64,000 bases of DNA from Takakia lepidozioides (taxonomy: Eukaryota > Plantae > Bryophyta): NCBI GenBank assembly GCA_030704615.1, contig CM060734.1:41664001-41728000 (forward strand). Reading direction: 5' to 3'. Position 1 is the stretch's first letter; every line of letters begins with the position of its first letter. The translations under genes and the position numbers were made by a program. Below are positions 23,415 to 34,101 of this stretch, piece after piece. The notes under the pieces were generated by a model. The model was not told the origin of the DNA, did no database searches, and saw nothing but the letters and a program-made list of their open reading frames with translations.

Positions 23415-26125
23415 TAGTGAGAGATTTCAAGATGTGAAAAGTCGTACCAACTAGTTAGATCTACTAGTGACTTATGCATATATTCTGTTCTAACTATCTT
23501 CCCACTAACTTGACCCTTAATTGCCAAAACTCATTTTCACCCTCTCATGGAAAAACATGACCCTGGCCCACAAAAAAAAATTTATCTGGAGAATCTCTGT
23601 ATGCCTGTAAAACTGACCGTTGGAATTACTTCCCATCTACCCCACTTCCTACCACAAAAAGTTTCATCAAAATCCAACTGCCAGGTAATTTAGTGTAGAG
23701 TGGGAACCCAAAAAAATCTCCACTAAGAACTAGGTGCCAAAAATGCAGTTTTTTGCTCGTATTTGGGCAGTTTTAATTTTTCCTTTTTGAGAGTCTCAAG
23801 AATGTTGTTCCATACCTGATAACACACATTCTCATAAATTTTCAGTTTTTTCTGAAATGTTGTCAAGTGGGCTCCTTTGTAGTGACAAATTGAGGGGTCA
23901 GAATATGCCATTTTCTGTGGGCAGGCCAAAATCTCTCTTCCTAAACTTATACAAAAAAATTCAGCTGGTCAATCCCTAATCCCTCTGGTTGAACATTCAT
24001 ATGAAGTCCCAGAACTTTGGAACCAATCAGCCAACGCCACCGCATCTTTAGGTTCCCTACCCAAGACTTCATATGGCACACCTATGTTATAGCCTGCAGG
24101 CCTAGGATATTTGGAGCCGTAAAAGGGCACGGGGTTTGGGAGCTCCTCGGCTACCCAGCCCTGCTTTCATGGGGGCCCACTCCACCCTCATACGGAATAC
24201 CAAAAAGGCCATGCTTCTACAAGACCCGGACCCCTTGAAAGATTCCAAATACCGGGGGTTTTATTCCAGAAGATTTCGTGGCACGGGCAAGAGGCCATGG
24301 GCTATTGAAAAGCGCGGGTAGAAATACCCCGGGGGTAGTAAAAGGCACGGGGTAACGAACCCATGCTTGGTGCTTTGGCTACCATCTGTATTATATGTCA
24401 TAATATACATACAGTATGTTATTACATACGCATTATATGTTTTTGATATTTTTGATAATCGAGTAAAATTGCCTGGACATGAACTCAGTTTAGGAATTTG
24501 CAACACATCTCTCTCACGTCCTCTCTCTTCATTGGAATTATCAAAAGCCAACAGTCAGTGTATTTGGAAGGGTTTATTTAAAGCCCTCTTATGTTGAAGC
24601 GATTGTACCCCTTCATACTATTGCCTGTAAGGGCTTGAATATTGTTGCATTTGGTTGTCTTATACTGACAATACAATATGGTGCACATGCGAGATTGTGA
24701 GCAACCATTATGAGCTCATGTGCAATTTTTTTGCCCAAGCAGATGCGCTAGCATATGGGAAGGTCAGCTCTTTGCTTCCAGTGTGCCAGCTTGAAATTTT
24801 ACTTACAGATGGGCAACAATTAATTGTTAGCTATACGGGTGGACTCTTTGCCGCTAGATGTTGCCTGTGTACCTTGATAGTTGACATTTGTAAATGGGTT
24901 TTTTGACCATGGCAGCAAACATCCCCGTGACCCCCTCTCTTCTCTATCTACCCTGAAAGATAACATGAGTATGATTTTACACAAAAGAATGTAATCACAT
25001 GTACATGGACACCTATGGATTCCTTCTAATACTATGCATATGAGATTGTTTTGTAGAATACTCCTAAATTGGTCACTTCACTTTCACACCAAGTCTGCAG
25101 TAATCCACATACCATCAAGGGATTATCTACTTACGAGATGGACTGCTTCACTAAACAGTGGCTATGGGAAGGTGAAAGGTTTGGTCATGATTGGGAAGGT
25201 CAATTTTAAATCTTTCAGTTCCTTAATGTTCCCATTGGTGCATTTGCTCTACCAAGAGTCCCTACTCTCAGATAGCCCACTAAGACAAAGACCATATTCT
25301 GTGAGTGATGGAAAAAAAAACAGTTCGTAAAGAGATTGTAGGTTTCAATCTCAAAAAAACATCTTCATTAGGTGGAGAACCTGTGGATGTAGCTTGCTCT
25401 TCGACCCTGCTGCACCAGGTCTTTCGAGGGCCCTTCCCTCACTGCACTCACATCCTCCACCACAAAGAAGCTGGCATGGTTCCTCCACTTTTCTACTTTT
25501 CTTTTGTCTCTTTGGCTTACACATGTCAGATTACACAACAGATACCATTCATGCTCCATTCACGCTTTGTTTAAGAAATTGCCTTAAGAAAACGGTTTAT
25601 CACTTGCTGACAAGAAAGTTTGTTAATATTATGTTTTTGTGCCTACTTTCTTAAAATGAGCCACCCCTATCACGAGGAGACACTTTCATCTCTCACAATT
25701 TGCAAATTGGTCTAAAATGCGGTAGCACCACGTTACAAATTAAAATGAAGAAATAAATAGCCAATAATACACACGAGAATTAGAGTTGAAACACTGATTA
25801 CTACCGATTAGGGAAAAGGCAAGAAGGAGTTCCATCTGCACTCCACAGCTTGGTGACTTACCATTTCAGAAGATCTAAAAAAGCACCTTATAAAAGGACA
25901 GTAACAAGAGGGCTCCGAGTTGAGCAAAACTCCCGCCTTGAGAGAGAGGACGTGAGAGAGAAGTGCTCCGAATTCCTAAACCGAGTTCATGTCCGGGCAG
26001 CTTTATCCGATTATCGAAATATCAAAAATATATTATGCGTATGTAATAACATACGATATGTATATTACAATATACGTTATGTATAATATAGATGGTAGCC
26101 CAGGCACCAAGCATGGGGTTCGCTC

Positions 26126-27251
26126 GAGTGTTGTGCGGGTATATTGATTTCAATATACCCTTAGGGTATAAGCAAATTATTTTTGTCAAATCATTTACCC
26201 TCCGGGTATGGATAAATTGAAATCTCAAAAATTTATTTACGGGTATGGGTAAATTAACTTTTCAGATTTCTATATAACCCAGGTATGGATATATATGCCA
26301 AAATATACCTTGAGGGTATGAATAGTTTCAGGGTATGGATAGTTATTTCCATTAATATATAATTTAAGAATATATGATGTGTTTTTTTTTTTTTTTTTTT
26401 TCTTCCAGAAAGGAAACCTGGGAGCGACTGCTCACAAGATGTTCTTCAATATGTACAAAACACCAAAAAAGAAAACAATCTATGGTAAGAGAGAAAATTG
26501 ATAAGATATTGCATAATATAATGGTATTAATTTCCAATGCAAGATGGAGGAGGTTTGAGATTAAAAAAAAAGCACATAGGGTGGTAGCTCAGCTGGTGTG
26601 TGTCACTCAGGTGGTTCGGGGTTCGAACCCTCTGCCCTACCCCGTGTGTGGGATTGTTCGTGTGACGATATGTTTGGGGGTTGATTATCATGTAGGTCTC
26701 ATGGCCCATAAATGAAAGGGGTTAATCTTTCCCCCTCTGAATACGTTGTGGGCTCTCGCTCCCAGATTTCCTTAAATAAATAAATAAATAAAAACCCCTC
26801 AAGGACCTAAATTGTGGGCTGTCAGGTTTCCTTTTATATATATATATATGCGAGATCTGAAGAGGTATTATTTGGGTTATATGACATTTAAGGAATGATT
26901 TATATGTAACATTTGTTTTAGCTGTGATTGGAGCTTTCTTATAGCTCAAGGCTCCCCAACAACACAACATAAAGAGAAAAGACCTAAAGGCTATGAAGGC
27001 ACATAAAGGGCCTTATATACCCTGACTAGATATACCCTTCATTTTAACATATACCCTTCAGGAAAGTAGGGTATATTGAGTGTCTTGATGCACGGTAAAT
27101 ATAAGGATAAGGGTATATCATAAAAATATACCCTGATATAAGGGTATACATTTAGGTACCTAAACTTGCCACACCAGGGTATATATATATCAATATACCC
27201 TGATATACCTGGCGGGTATATCAGGGTAATTCATATACCCGCCCAACACTG
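26126..27251. mobile_element. hAT-type MITE inserted into the right arm of the long-TIR element
   Basis: TIR (G/C)AGTGTTG(T/G)GCGGGTATAT; perfect 8-bp TSD GTTCGCTC at 26118-26125 and 27252-27259; GGGTAT/ATACCC subterminal repeats. Confidence 0.92.
26578..26794 (+). mobile_element. Putative tRNA-derived SINE inside the hAT MITE
   Basis: A box TAGCTCAGCTGG (26585-26596), B box GGTTCGAACCC (26620-26630) and an (AAAT)n tail at ~26774-26794. No anticodon arm. Confidence 0.55.
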
Positions 27252-28359
27252 GTTCGCTCCCCCGTGACTTTTACTAACCTGCGCTTTTCAATAGCCCATG
27301 CCCTCTTGCCCGTGCCACGGAATCTTCTAGAATAAAACCCCATAGTATTAGAATCTTTCAAGGGGTGGGGGTCTTGTAGAAGCATGGCCTTTTTGGTATT
27401 CCGTACCCCTCCACCCTATCAAACCCCCACCCTAGGTTTGGCCACCCCTCATGGGAGCCTTTGTCGAGCCGCGAGCTCTGCCGCCATCACGGCTGCACTC
27501 CCTGCAGTCCACCCTGCTATGAACCCATGGTGTTAGCCGGAGCTGCCATCGCCGTCGATCTCAGGCTAGGGCGCAGGTCTGGGAATACCCAGACCTGCGC
27601 CGGCCGCCATACCCCCGCCGGGAAATCAATGGGTTTGGGGAAGCGTGCCGCCCATCCCATTATGGGGTATCATTCATTCACCCTAACCTGACCACAGCTG
27701 CCATGTCAGCAACTTGGGCAGGTTAGGGGTGCCAAAATGGCTGAGTTGGCCCCTTTTCAATCGGTCCAGACCCCTACCCCTTCAGGCATTGGCCAATTGC
27801 CATATCAAGGGACCCGATTCTCTGTCGATTGAGCCCAAAAAAGGGCCAATCAGCCTTAACCACAGGAAGTTATGGCTCCCAACCGACCCAAAATGGGTCG
27901 ATATACCACTTAAGGGTTAACTCGAGTCACCAATGTCCAACAGGCCCCATAAAGAAAACACAGGTAACCATGGGATAGAGGTACCTAGGGTACCTAGGGA
28001 CAATGTGGGATAGTTTCCTCTCGGATCTTACACCCTTAGGGCTGTCTTTTCTTGACAAGAAAAGATATGTCTATTCGTCTATTGAGCCTGAGAGACACAG
28101 GTCTGGCTTGTTCAGTGAACTGTCGATTGTTGATGTGTTATGAAAGGATATAAGCTATGTCCGAGGCAGAGTTACACGGGAGGGCAAGCAACATCCTCAA
28201 TATTCATCATTTTTCTCTTCTTTCTTTGTGTGACGGTCTTCTGCTCTCCTCTCCACCATACTAACTGCCTTCTTCTTTAAACATGTAGATAAGAGTGTCA
28301 GTGGTGAGATATTTCTCATGAGAGGGCTTGAACCCATGGACAGAAATGTTGAACATTAA

Positions 28360-29358
28360 CCCTTAAGTGCCCAGACTCATTTTCTCCCTCTCGAGGAAAA
28401 ACATGACCCTGGCCCACAAAAACATTTTTATCTGGAATCTCTATGTCCCTGTAAAACTGACCGTTGGAATTACTTCCCATCTACCCCACCTCCTGCCACA
28501 AAAAATTTCATCAAATTCCAACTGCCAGATCTGAAGTATAAAGTGTAGAGTGGGGACAAAAAAAACTCTTCACTAAGAACTAGGTGCCAAAAGAAAGCAG
28601 TTTTTTGCTCGTATTTGGGCAGTTTTAATTTCTCTTTTTTTGAGAGTCTCAAGAATGTTGTACCTAATCCCTCCTGTTGAAGTGTCATGAACATCCATAT
28701 GAGATCCCAAAAAAAGTTTGGGGCCAATCGGTAACTGCTCTCACATCTTCAGGTTCCCTGCCCAAGACTTCAAATGGCACACCTATGTTATAGCCTGCAG
28801 GCCGGGGCTTGGGAGCTCCTCTGGCTTACCCGGCCCTGCTTTCATGGGGGGCCACGCCACCCTCAACCCTCTCAAACCCCCGCCCTATGTTTGGCCCACC
28901 CCTCGTGGCGTTTTCCTCGAGCCCCGAGCTCTCGGCTGCACTCCCTCCAGCCCGTCCTGCATGGCGTTGGCCGGAGCTGCCATCGCCGTCGATTCAGGCT
29001 AGGGCCCAGGCCTGGGAATGCCCAGACCTGCGCCGGGCGCCATGCCCAATCAAGGGGTTTGGGGGAGCGTGCCGCCCTAACCTTTATGGGGTGTCTTTCA
29101 GTCACCCTAACCTGACCGCAGTTGCCATGTCAGCAACTTGGGCAGGTTAGGGGGCCAAATTGGCCTCAAAAAGTTGAGTGTGCCCCCTTCCAATTGGTCC
29201 AGACCCAGGCATTGACCAATTGGCCAATGCCATATGAAGGGGGACCCGATTTTCTATCGATTGAGCCCAAAAAATGCCCAATCAGCCTTAACCACATGAA
29301 GTTATGGCTGGTTAAGCAAACCCAACCGACCCAGAGTGGGTCGCTTGGGCACTTAAGG
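28360..29358. mobile_element. Near-complete ~1-kb piggyBac-like MITE
   Basis: TTAA (28356-28359)+CCCTTAAGTGCCCA ... TGGGCACTTAAGG; the last G and the right TTAA are missing. No recognisable coding capacity. Confidence 0.8.
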
Positions 29359-30025
29359 CCTTGCATATCACTGAGCTGCCGTAAAGGAAATGGGGGCAAT
29401 ACTCCATGTACAGATGCAATTGTGTTCTGCAGGTTCTGTAAGTTAATTTAAGGAGTCTGAGCTGCAACCGTGTCACTGGCAGACGTGTGTCCATCAATTC
29501 TCACAGTTCAGAAGGCACGGGACCCCTTATCTGTCAATCGTTGCTACATTGTCATTTGAAGAGGATGTACTCATGTCATGTCTTTACATGCCATCATCTT
29601 CATATCTGGAGGGGAATTGGTCGGTAGCATAGTTCAAACTACAGACTCAGCTACAAATTTTTAGCTAAAAAGACTCTTACAAATTCACCAAAGAACAAAT
29701 ATATGTGTATGAAAGCCATACCACTCCCAATCTACAAAAATTCATAATCCATGTACCAGCTGACACTGAATTATCAGCATCCACCATTGTAGAGCTGTGA
29801 AGGAACTAGCCTCCCATTGTACAATTTCTTAATGTGAGCACACACAGCCTGAGTAGTTCTCATTAATCCCTATCCTCTTTAGACTTGCTTGTGATGGCCA
29901 AAATTTTACGTTAGTTCGTGTTGCTACCTCTCTCTTCTCTGTCTGTCTCTGTACGTCTCTGAGCATTCACGAGTGAACTGACAGCTTCAGAGGCATTCCA
30001 GCACTCTGGGTTTGAACACAACAGA

Positions 30026-32203
30026 TTAGATGTCCCATGCTACGATCTGATTCTCTGGGATGCCAGCCTCTGCAAGTAGATCCATTACCTCCTTCCTTGC
30101 TGCCTTTTCCACGCAGACAACAGCTGCCGTGGTCTCAGGGTCATATTCTATGTCATCCTCATCCCATAGTGAGCTGAATGAACCCACATATCCCTCCCAG
30201 TCTTCCCCTGACTTGTCATCAACAGTTGCACGGACCTTCACTTTTTTTGCCTCCCATTCGGTGAACTTTTGCTGGAAGTCCAGAGCCACATGTTAGAAGA
30301 CCCATTTTAGCATGAGTCAAACAAGTCACTCAGTATGATATGCAATGATAAGGGCGGGAAAAACAAGGACTGGATGTCTCACTCGAGCGAGCAAACTAGT
30401 CCAAAATGTCGGCAGGCAGGTTGCTTTGTCTAACTCCCTTCTCCAGTTCCTTCATTTCACACTTCTTTATAACCCAACCTAATTGTTCTTTCCTCCCAAT
30501 GTTGGAAACAGAGAAAGCAGACTGTTTTGGGCCAAGTAAGAATGCTTGTTGGAATGCTCCTTTCGTAGATTCCATTTAACTCCAAAGCCTTGGTGATAAA
30601 CAATACCTTATATGCGAGCAGGGATGGCTTGCGAGCAGAGTAGTACAAGCGAACATCTTCACGGAAACTCAGGTTAAGACTGCCCATATCACCATCCTTG
30701 TTTTCAAGAATGGAGCGCGCAACTGCAATGCCAGCCCCCTGTGCAAAAAGGGTGAGTGTCGGGAAGCGGGCCAAAAATATCACAGGCCGCAAGTCCAGGT
30801 CTGTTGCCTCAAATGGTCCCACCTCCAACTCCTCTCCTGCACCAATCTACACACCCATCTTAGAATCTAACAAGTAATATCTTTTTGCTTAATACATAGT
30901 GTAGCAATTAGCCATGAGCACGACTATAATGGGATTCTCTACAAGACTACCACCACAAGAATCTCACCCTATTAAGGAGGCCAGTCATCTTCACGCCCAA
31001 CCATGTGTTGTACATTAGGAAAGTCAGGACAGGCAAACTGAGTAGGTCAACACATGTGGACCTTCCCCTACTTCGGATGTGCGCATCCTAATATGACCGG
31101 ATCATATGTGTACATTTTGAAGGCTCCCTCTGTCACAGTATCTATGCTGCATGTGTATCTGTGTATGGTATTCAACAAAATTTACCCTCGGCAAGATTGA
31201 AAACTGCAGAAGTTGCTTCTTCCACATGGAGGTCCAAGGAGGCGTTCACAGATAGAGAGAACTGCGGCAGCTTTGTGGTGCCTGCGGGGATGTCGCCTCG
31301 AAGCTTGTACAGCACCGGAGCATTGATAACTGCAGAAAATGGAGGACTGGAGACTGCAATCTTCACTTCCTTGCCACCCACCTTCACTTGGGCCATCTGT
31401 CCAGGCTTGGTGTACGCCTTATCCAGCGCCACCATCTGAGACATTGGGCGGATTATGATACGCAGGCCATGCCGTAATCAACCTCCAGTATGTCATTCAA
31501 CACACTACTTGTCCAAGCATGTGACTCATGATAAAAACTGAAAATGTTCGCCCTCACGGCTTTGTGCTGGCGAACGATGGCCCAACTAGTTTCTCTCTTG
31601 TACCATATGGTTAGCTCCCAGAGAATTGTTCATCCTTGATAAATGTCAGTTGTAGGGACGTGAAACAGGCACGCCACCCATCCCTCTGCTATACAAAACC
31701 TGTTGACAATACACACAGACACACTTTGAGGAGGAAAAATACAGACGTACTTCTCTCGACACCTCTGTCTCTACAGTGATGCAGCGGATTCCAGTGGCGA
31801 CATCTTGGACATCAATGACCTTGGCAGAATGCCAGTCTTGGTGCTCAACAGTGTCGACCTCCTGGATTCTGAAGGTCCTGTTCTTTTCCTCTTCCTCCTG
31901 AATCGCCCTCCTCTGCTCCCAGAGCTCTGACCCTATTGTCTCTATTGCTACCTCTGGTGCCTCTACGCTGGCCACACACAGGGGCCTGCCCTCCTCACTC
32001 CTCTCAGATCGCCCTCTTTGCATCCCCCTTCGCACGCCACTCTTCAACCGGATTTCTCTGGAAGGTCCTGCCTTGGAAGAAATGTGGCCATTCACATGTG
32101 TTGGTGCATGCCCCGAAACTCCGTAGCCTTTGCAATTGTGATTGAGCACTTGGCAAGTGGAGAAGATCTCCGACAGCGGAGCTGCACACCTGAGAGACGC
32201 CAT
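30026..32203 (-). CDS. Plastid-targeted FNR-like FAD/NAD(P)-binding oxidoreductase (fruit protein pKIWI502-like), ~392 aa
   Basis: Exons 32203-31751, 31435-31186, 30836-30607 and 30271-30026 (1179 nt, phases compatible). Transit-peptide-like N-terminus; YTKPGQMAQVKV, SSPP, FAQGAGIAVARS, DVRLYYSAR...LAYKQKFTEWE, WEGYVG. Confidence 0.85.
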
Positions 32204-32890
32204 GCCTCCTTTCTTTGCAAAACTCGAGGCTCCAGCTACAAAATATACCCACGCACCGAACAGTAGCTTCTTTCTCTCTAGGCTCTTTTTCCTATATCTC
32301 TTCTGACCAGATAACAAATATGGGCGGTCGATGTACTAATCTGAACGGTTCGGACCTCCAATTCAGATCTGCTTCTGGATTTTAGAGTGAAATATCAACG
32401 TTATATCCTCACATCCAATACGCAAGTGCCATGCCATCTACGACAATTTCAGAGTGTTCAAAAGGCCTTGGCCGAGTAAAATTGCAGAAATCTGGAAAGA
32501 GAGAGTGTGAGTACTGTAGCTCGGTAGTTCAAATCCACATGTTTCGCCTAACAGTGCGATATCCACATTGCACTTCTGGGTTGCCAGTTATAAGGATATC
32601 AACATTCCAGAACCGAAATGTTGGTGACTGACTCCTGCTTAGCAATTCTTCAGCTATGCTAGCTTTCAAACTGAATGTGCAGTGACTAAAAACTAGTGTT
32701 GCACAGAAAGGCACCATCAAGCTTCACGTAATACACAGTACACCCGTTTCTTGGTTGGCAGTGGAACAGGCCCCATTGTTTGAGAATTTGAATTTCGGGC
32801 AGCTTCCAGAATTTGCTGGCATGCTTGTTCTATCAGAGGGACCCAGTAGGACCGCAGCTTGATACGGATTTTTTGCTTGGGGAACGGGAC

Positions 32891-33172
32891 GGCTATGCTT
32901 GTTTGTCTTCACACTCTCAGTCACATACTTCGCTATGTTGTTGACCATAGCGACCTCAGCTCCCATGGTGGCCGCTGTCTCTATCATCACCTCTATCTGG
33001 ATAGCCACATCCGGCGTGGTTGTACCAAAGCTTCGAATACCCTCCAGTTATACTTGGCTCTTCTGGGCCAACCCATTCCAGTATGTCACCAACAGTCTCA
33101 CCTCTATACGCTAGCTGGACTACAATCGCATCCCACGACTTCGCAGCACTCGCGGGCGGCATGAGCACCATT
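32891..33172 (+). pseudogene. Duplicated fragment of the last ABCG exon
   Basis: 32891-33104 is nearly identical to 20462-20681 apart from a 6-nt deletion and a few substitutions. After a ~130-nt gap, 33105-33172 matches ~20811-20881 less closely. Confidence 0.92.
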
Positions 33173-34101
33173 TAGAATTTATCATGTGTTTCCGAAGAAT
33201 GAAACAAGCTTGATGAAGAAGGGGCGAAATGGGATCATGTTTCAAACGCCTGTAATCGGAGGAATGAGTGAAGGTGGCCCCAAGTGAAGTTGATGATTCC
33301 ACAGCTGTCTGCAGAGAGATTTTGCTGGAGGTGAATGCTGTATTTGGCAGATTGGGTGAGGTGGCACAAAAATATAAAGAGAAATTAAGCACTTGGGATT
33401 CGGCTGAATATGAGAGCCTTTCTGAGATCTTACAATGCATTTCAATACGTTGCTCTCTCCTTCCCCGGTTACTCCTATTTGTTTATCAGTGTGATCAAGG
33501 TTCTGTATACAAAAAAGTTGAACAAGGGGAAGGAAAGGGCCTTTGGAGAGCAGTTTTTCCTCTTAAGCAACTACGATGGTGCCACCGCTTTAATTATTTC
33601 TCATCTTCTCCAAAAAATCCTTGACTGCCAGGCCTTCCCCAATAGGAGGTAACATAGATGAGAAATCTCCCCCTGGATTCATCTTGGCCACACCAAGGTT
33701 GTTTGCTTTGTTGGTATGGGGTTTCACAACAGTGGAAAATTCTGCTTTGACTGCTTGTACAACCGGTGGGGTGTGTCTGATGATTTAAGTGGCCTGCATA
33801 CACCATAGAGTGTGAATTCAAATACCAAGGATGGTCCCTGTTTGTGGATACCGACACTCGTCAATCACTAGCTTGGATCTGGTACCAACCGATCAGAAGA
33901 GAGGGGTTTCCTCTCTCTTTTGGGGGGATTACTCAGGTTTGCACATAGATTTCACTTCATAGAATCTGCCTAACAGCGAACATTTGATTCATGGGAGCTT
34001 TATACGGTAGTTAAAGGCACATCTGTGTCAATATAGGTACAACCAGCTTCAGCTTTTGGTTGCACCTGAAGTATGTTTATTCAGCTTTTCTCTGCGTGTG
34101 T

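Larger units (their letters stand above)
24191..27405. mobile_element. Long-TIR (~270 bp) non-autonomous DNA element inserted into the piggyBac-like MITE
   Basis: Begins TACGGAATACCAAAAAGGCCATGC and ends GCATGGCCTTTTTGGTATTCCGTA. The left arm 24191-~24460 is the reverse complement of ~26010-26125 plus 27260-27405. TSD is either TA or an imperfect longer repeat, so the superfamily is unassigned. Confidence 0.8.
23514..27916. mobile_element. piggyBac-like MITE copy split by nested insertions
   Basis: TTGA+CCCTTAATTGCC at the left and CACTTAAGGG+TTAA (27917-27920) at the right. The arms 23514-24190 and 27406-27916 are colinear with the uninterrupted copy at 28360-29358. Confidence 0.8.

Noticed and set aside
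26581-26645. tRNA gene
   Set aside because: A and B boxes are present but there is no anticodon stem-loop or pairing acceptor stem; treated as a SINE head.
32762-32800. ABCF-like peptide PLFENLNFG
   Set aside because: Too short, with no continuing homology.
33268-33624. 118-aa ORF with a helical-looking N-terminal half
   Set aside because: No recognisable family, no ATG start and no supporting splice structure; cannot be supported without a database search.
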